This document shows positions 63,994-64,000 of a stretch of DNA of 64,000 bases, piece by piece. The DNA is from an uncultured virus (IMG/VR IMGVR_UViG_3300032050_000088) (taxonomy: Duplodnaviria > Heunggongvirae > Uroviricota > Caudoviricetes). The stretch's first letter is position 1, and every line of letters begins with the position of its first letter. Under the pieces are notes generated by a model, which saw only the letters and a program-made list of their open reading frames with translations, was not told the origin of the DNA and searched no databases. The stretch is from IMG/VR virus record IMGVR_UViG_3300032050_000088. One strand, 5' to 3'. Made by a program: the position numbers and the translations under genes.

Positions 63994-64000
63994 TGTTTAA

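Noticed and set aside
1..64000. Stop-codon reassignment as in some large phages
   Set aside because: Conserved genes (thyA, dnaK, nusG) are intact in code 11, and TAA, TAG and TGA all end genes with tight packing.
1..64000. Bacterial chromosome origin for the window
   Set aside because: Housekeeping genes are isolated from their usual operons among many short orphan ORFs, with Rnl1, HNH nucleases, holin-like genes and a non-host promoter motif.

Overview
AT-rich, densely coding 64-kb segment of a large (jumbo-type) dsDNA phage, read in the standard genetic code. The host is most likely a Bacteroidota bacterium: many genes have the Bacteroidota housekeeping-sigma TAnnTTTG box, and several proteins carry type IX secretion C-terminal domains or lipoboxes. 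No capsid, terminase or polymerase gene lies in this window, so this is accessory territory. Recognisable host-like genes: thyA, dnaK, nusG, FKBP PPIase, IMPDH/GMP reductase, rmlC, rmlD, RNA ligase 1, a Pnk-type kinase, an asparagine synthetase-like AsnRS paralog, a PAS histidine kinase with a receiver protein, and HNH and PD-(D/E)xK nucleases. There is one tRNA-Arg(UCU), split by a group I intron. Main observations: (1) an Asn-rich leader peptide (MINNLINNK) and a terminator directly in front of the asparagine synthetase-like gene, a candidate phage attenuator; (2) more than 25 unrelated proteins sharing N-terminal leaders that end in (L/I)xE, most behind a TATTTAT motif, candidate capsid-targeted cargo; (3) a T9SS adhesin present both as one fused gene and as a collinear three-gene split with ISHD C-termini; (4) a C-rich intergenic repeat separating cassette-like genes in the first 10 kb; (5) the intron-containing tRNA, overlapped in antisense by an HNH gene; (6) three promoter classes, with apparently leaderless mRNAs. 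All family assignments come from motif recognition by eye; no database searches were run.
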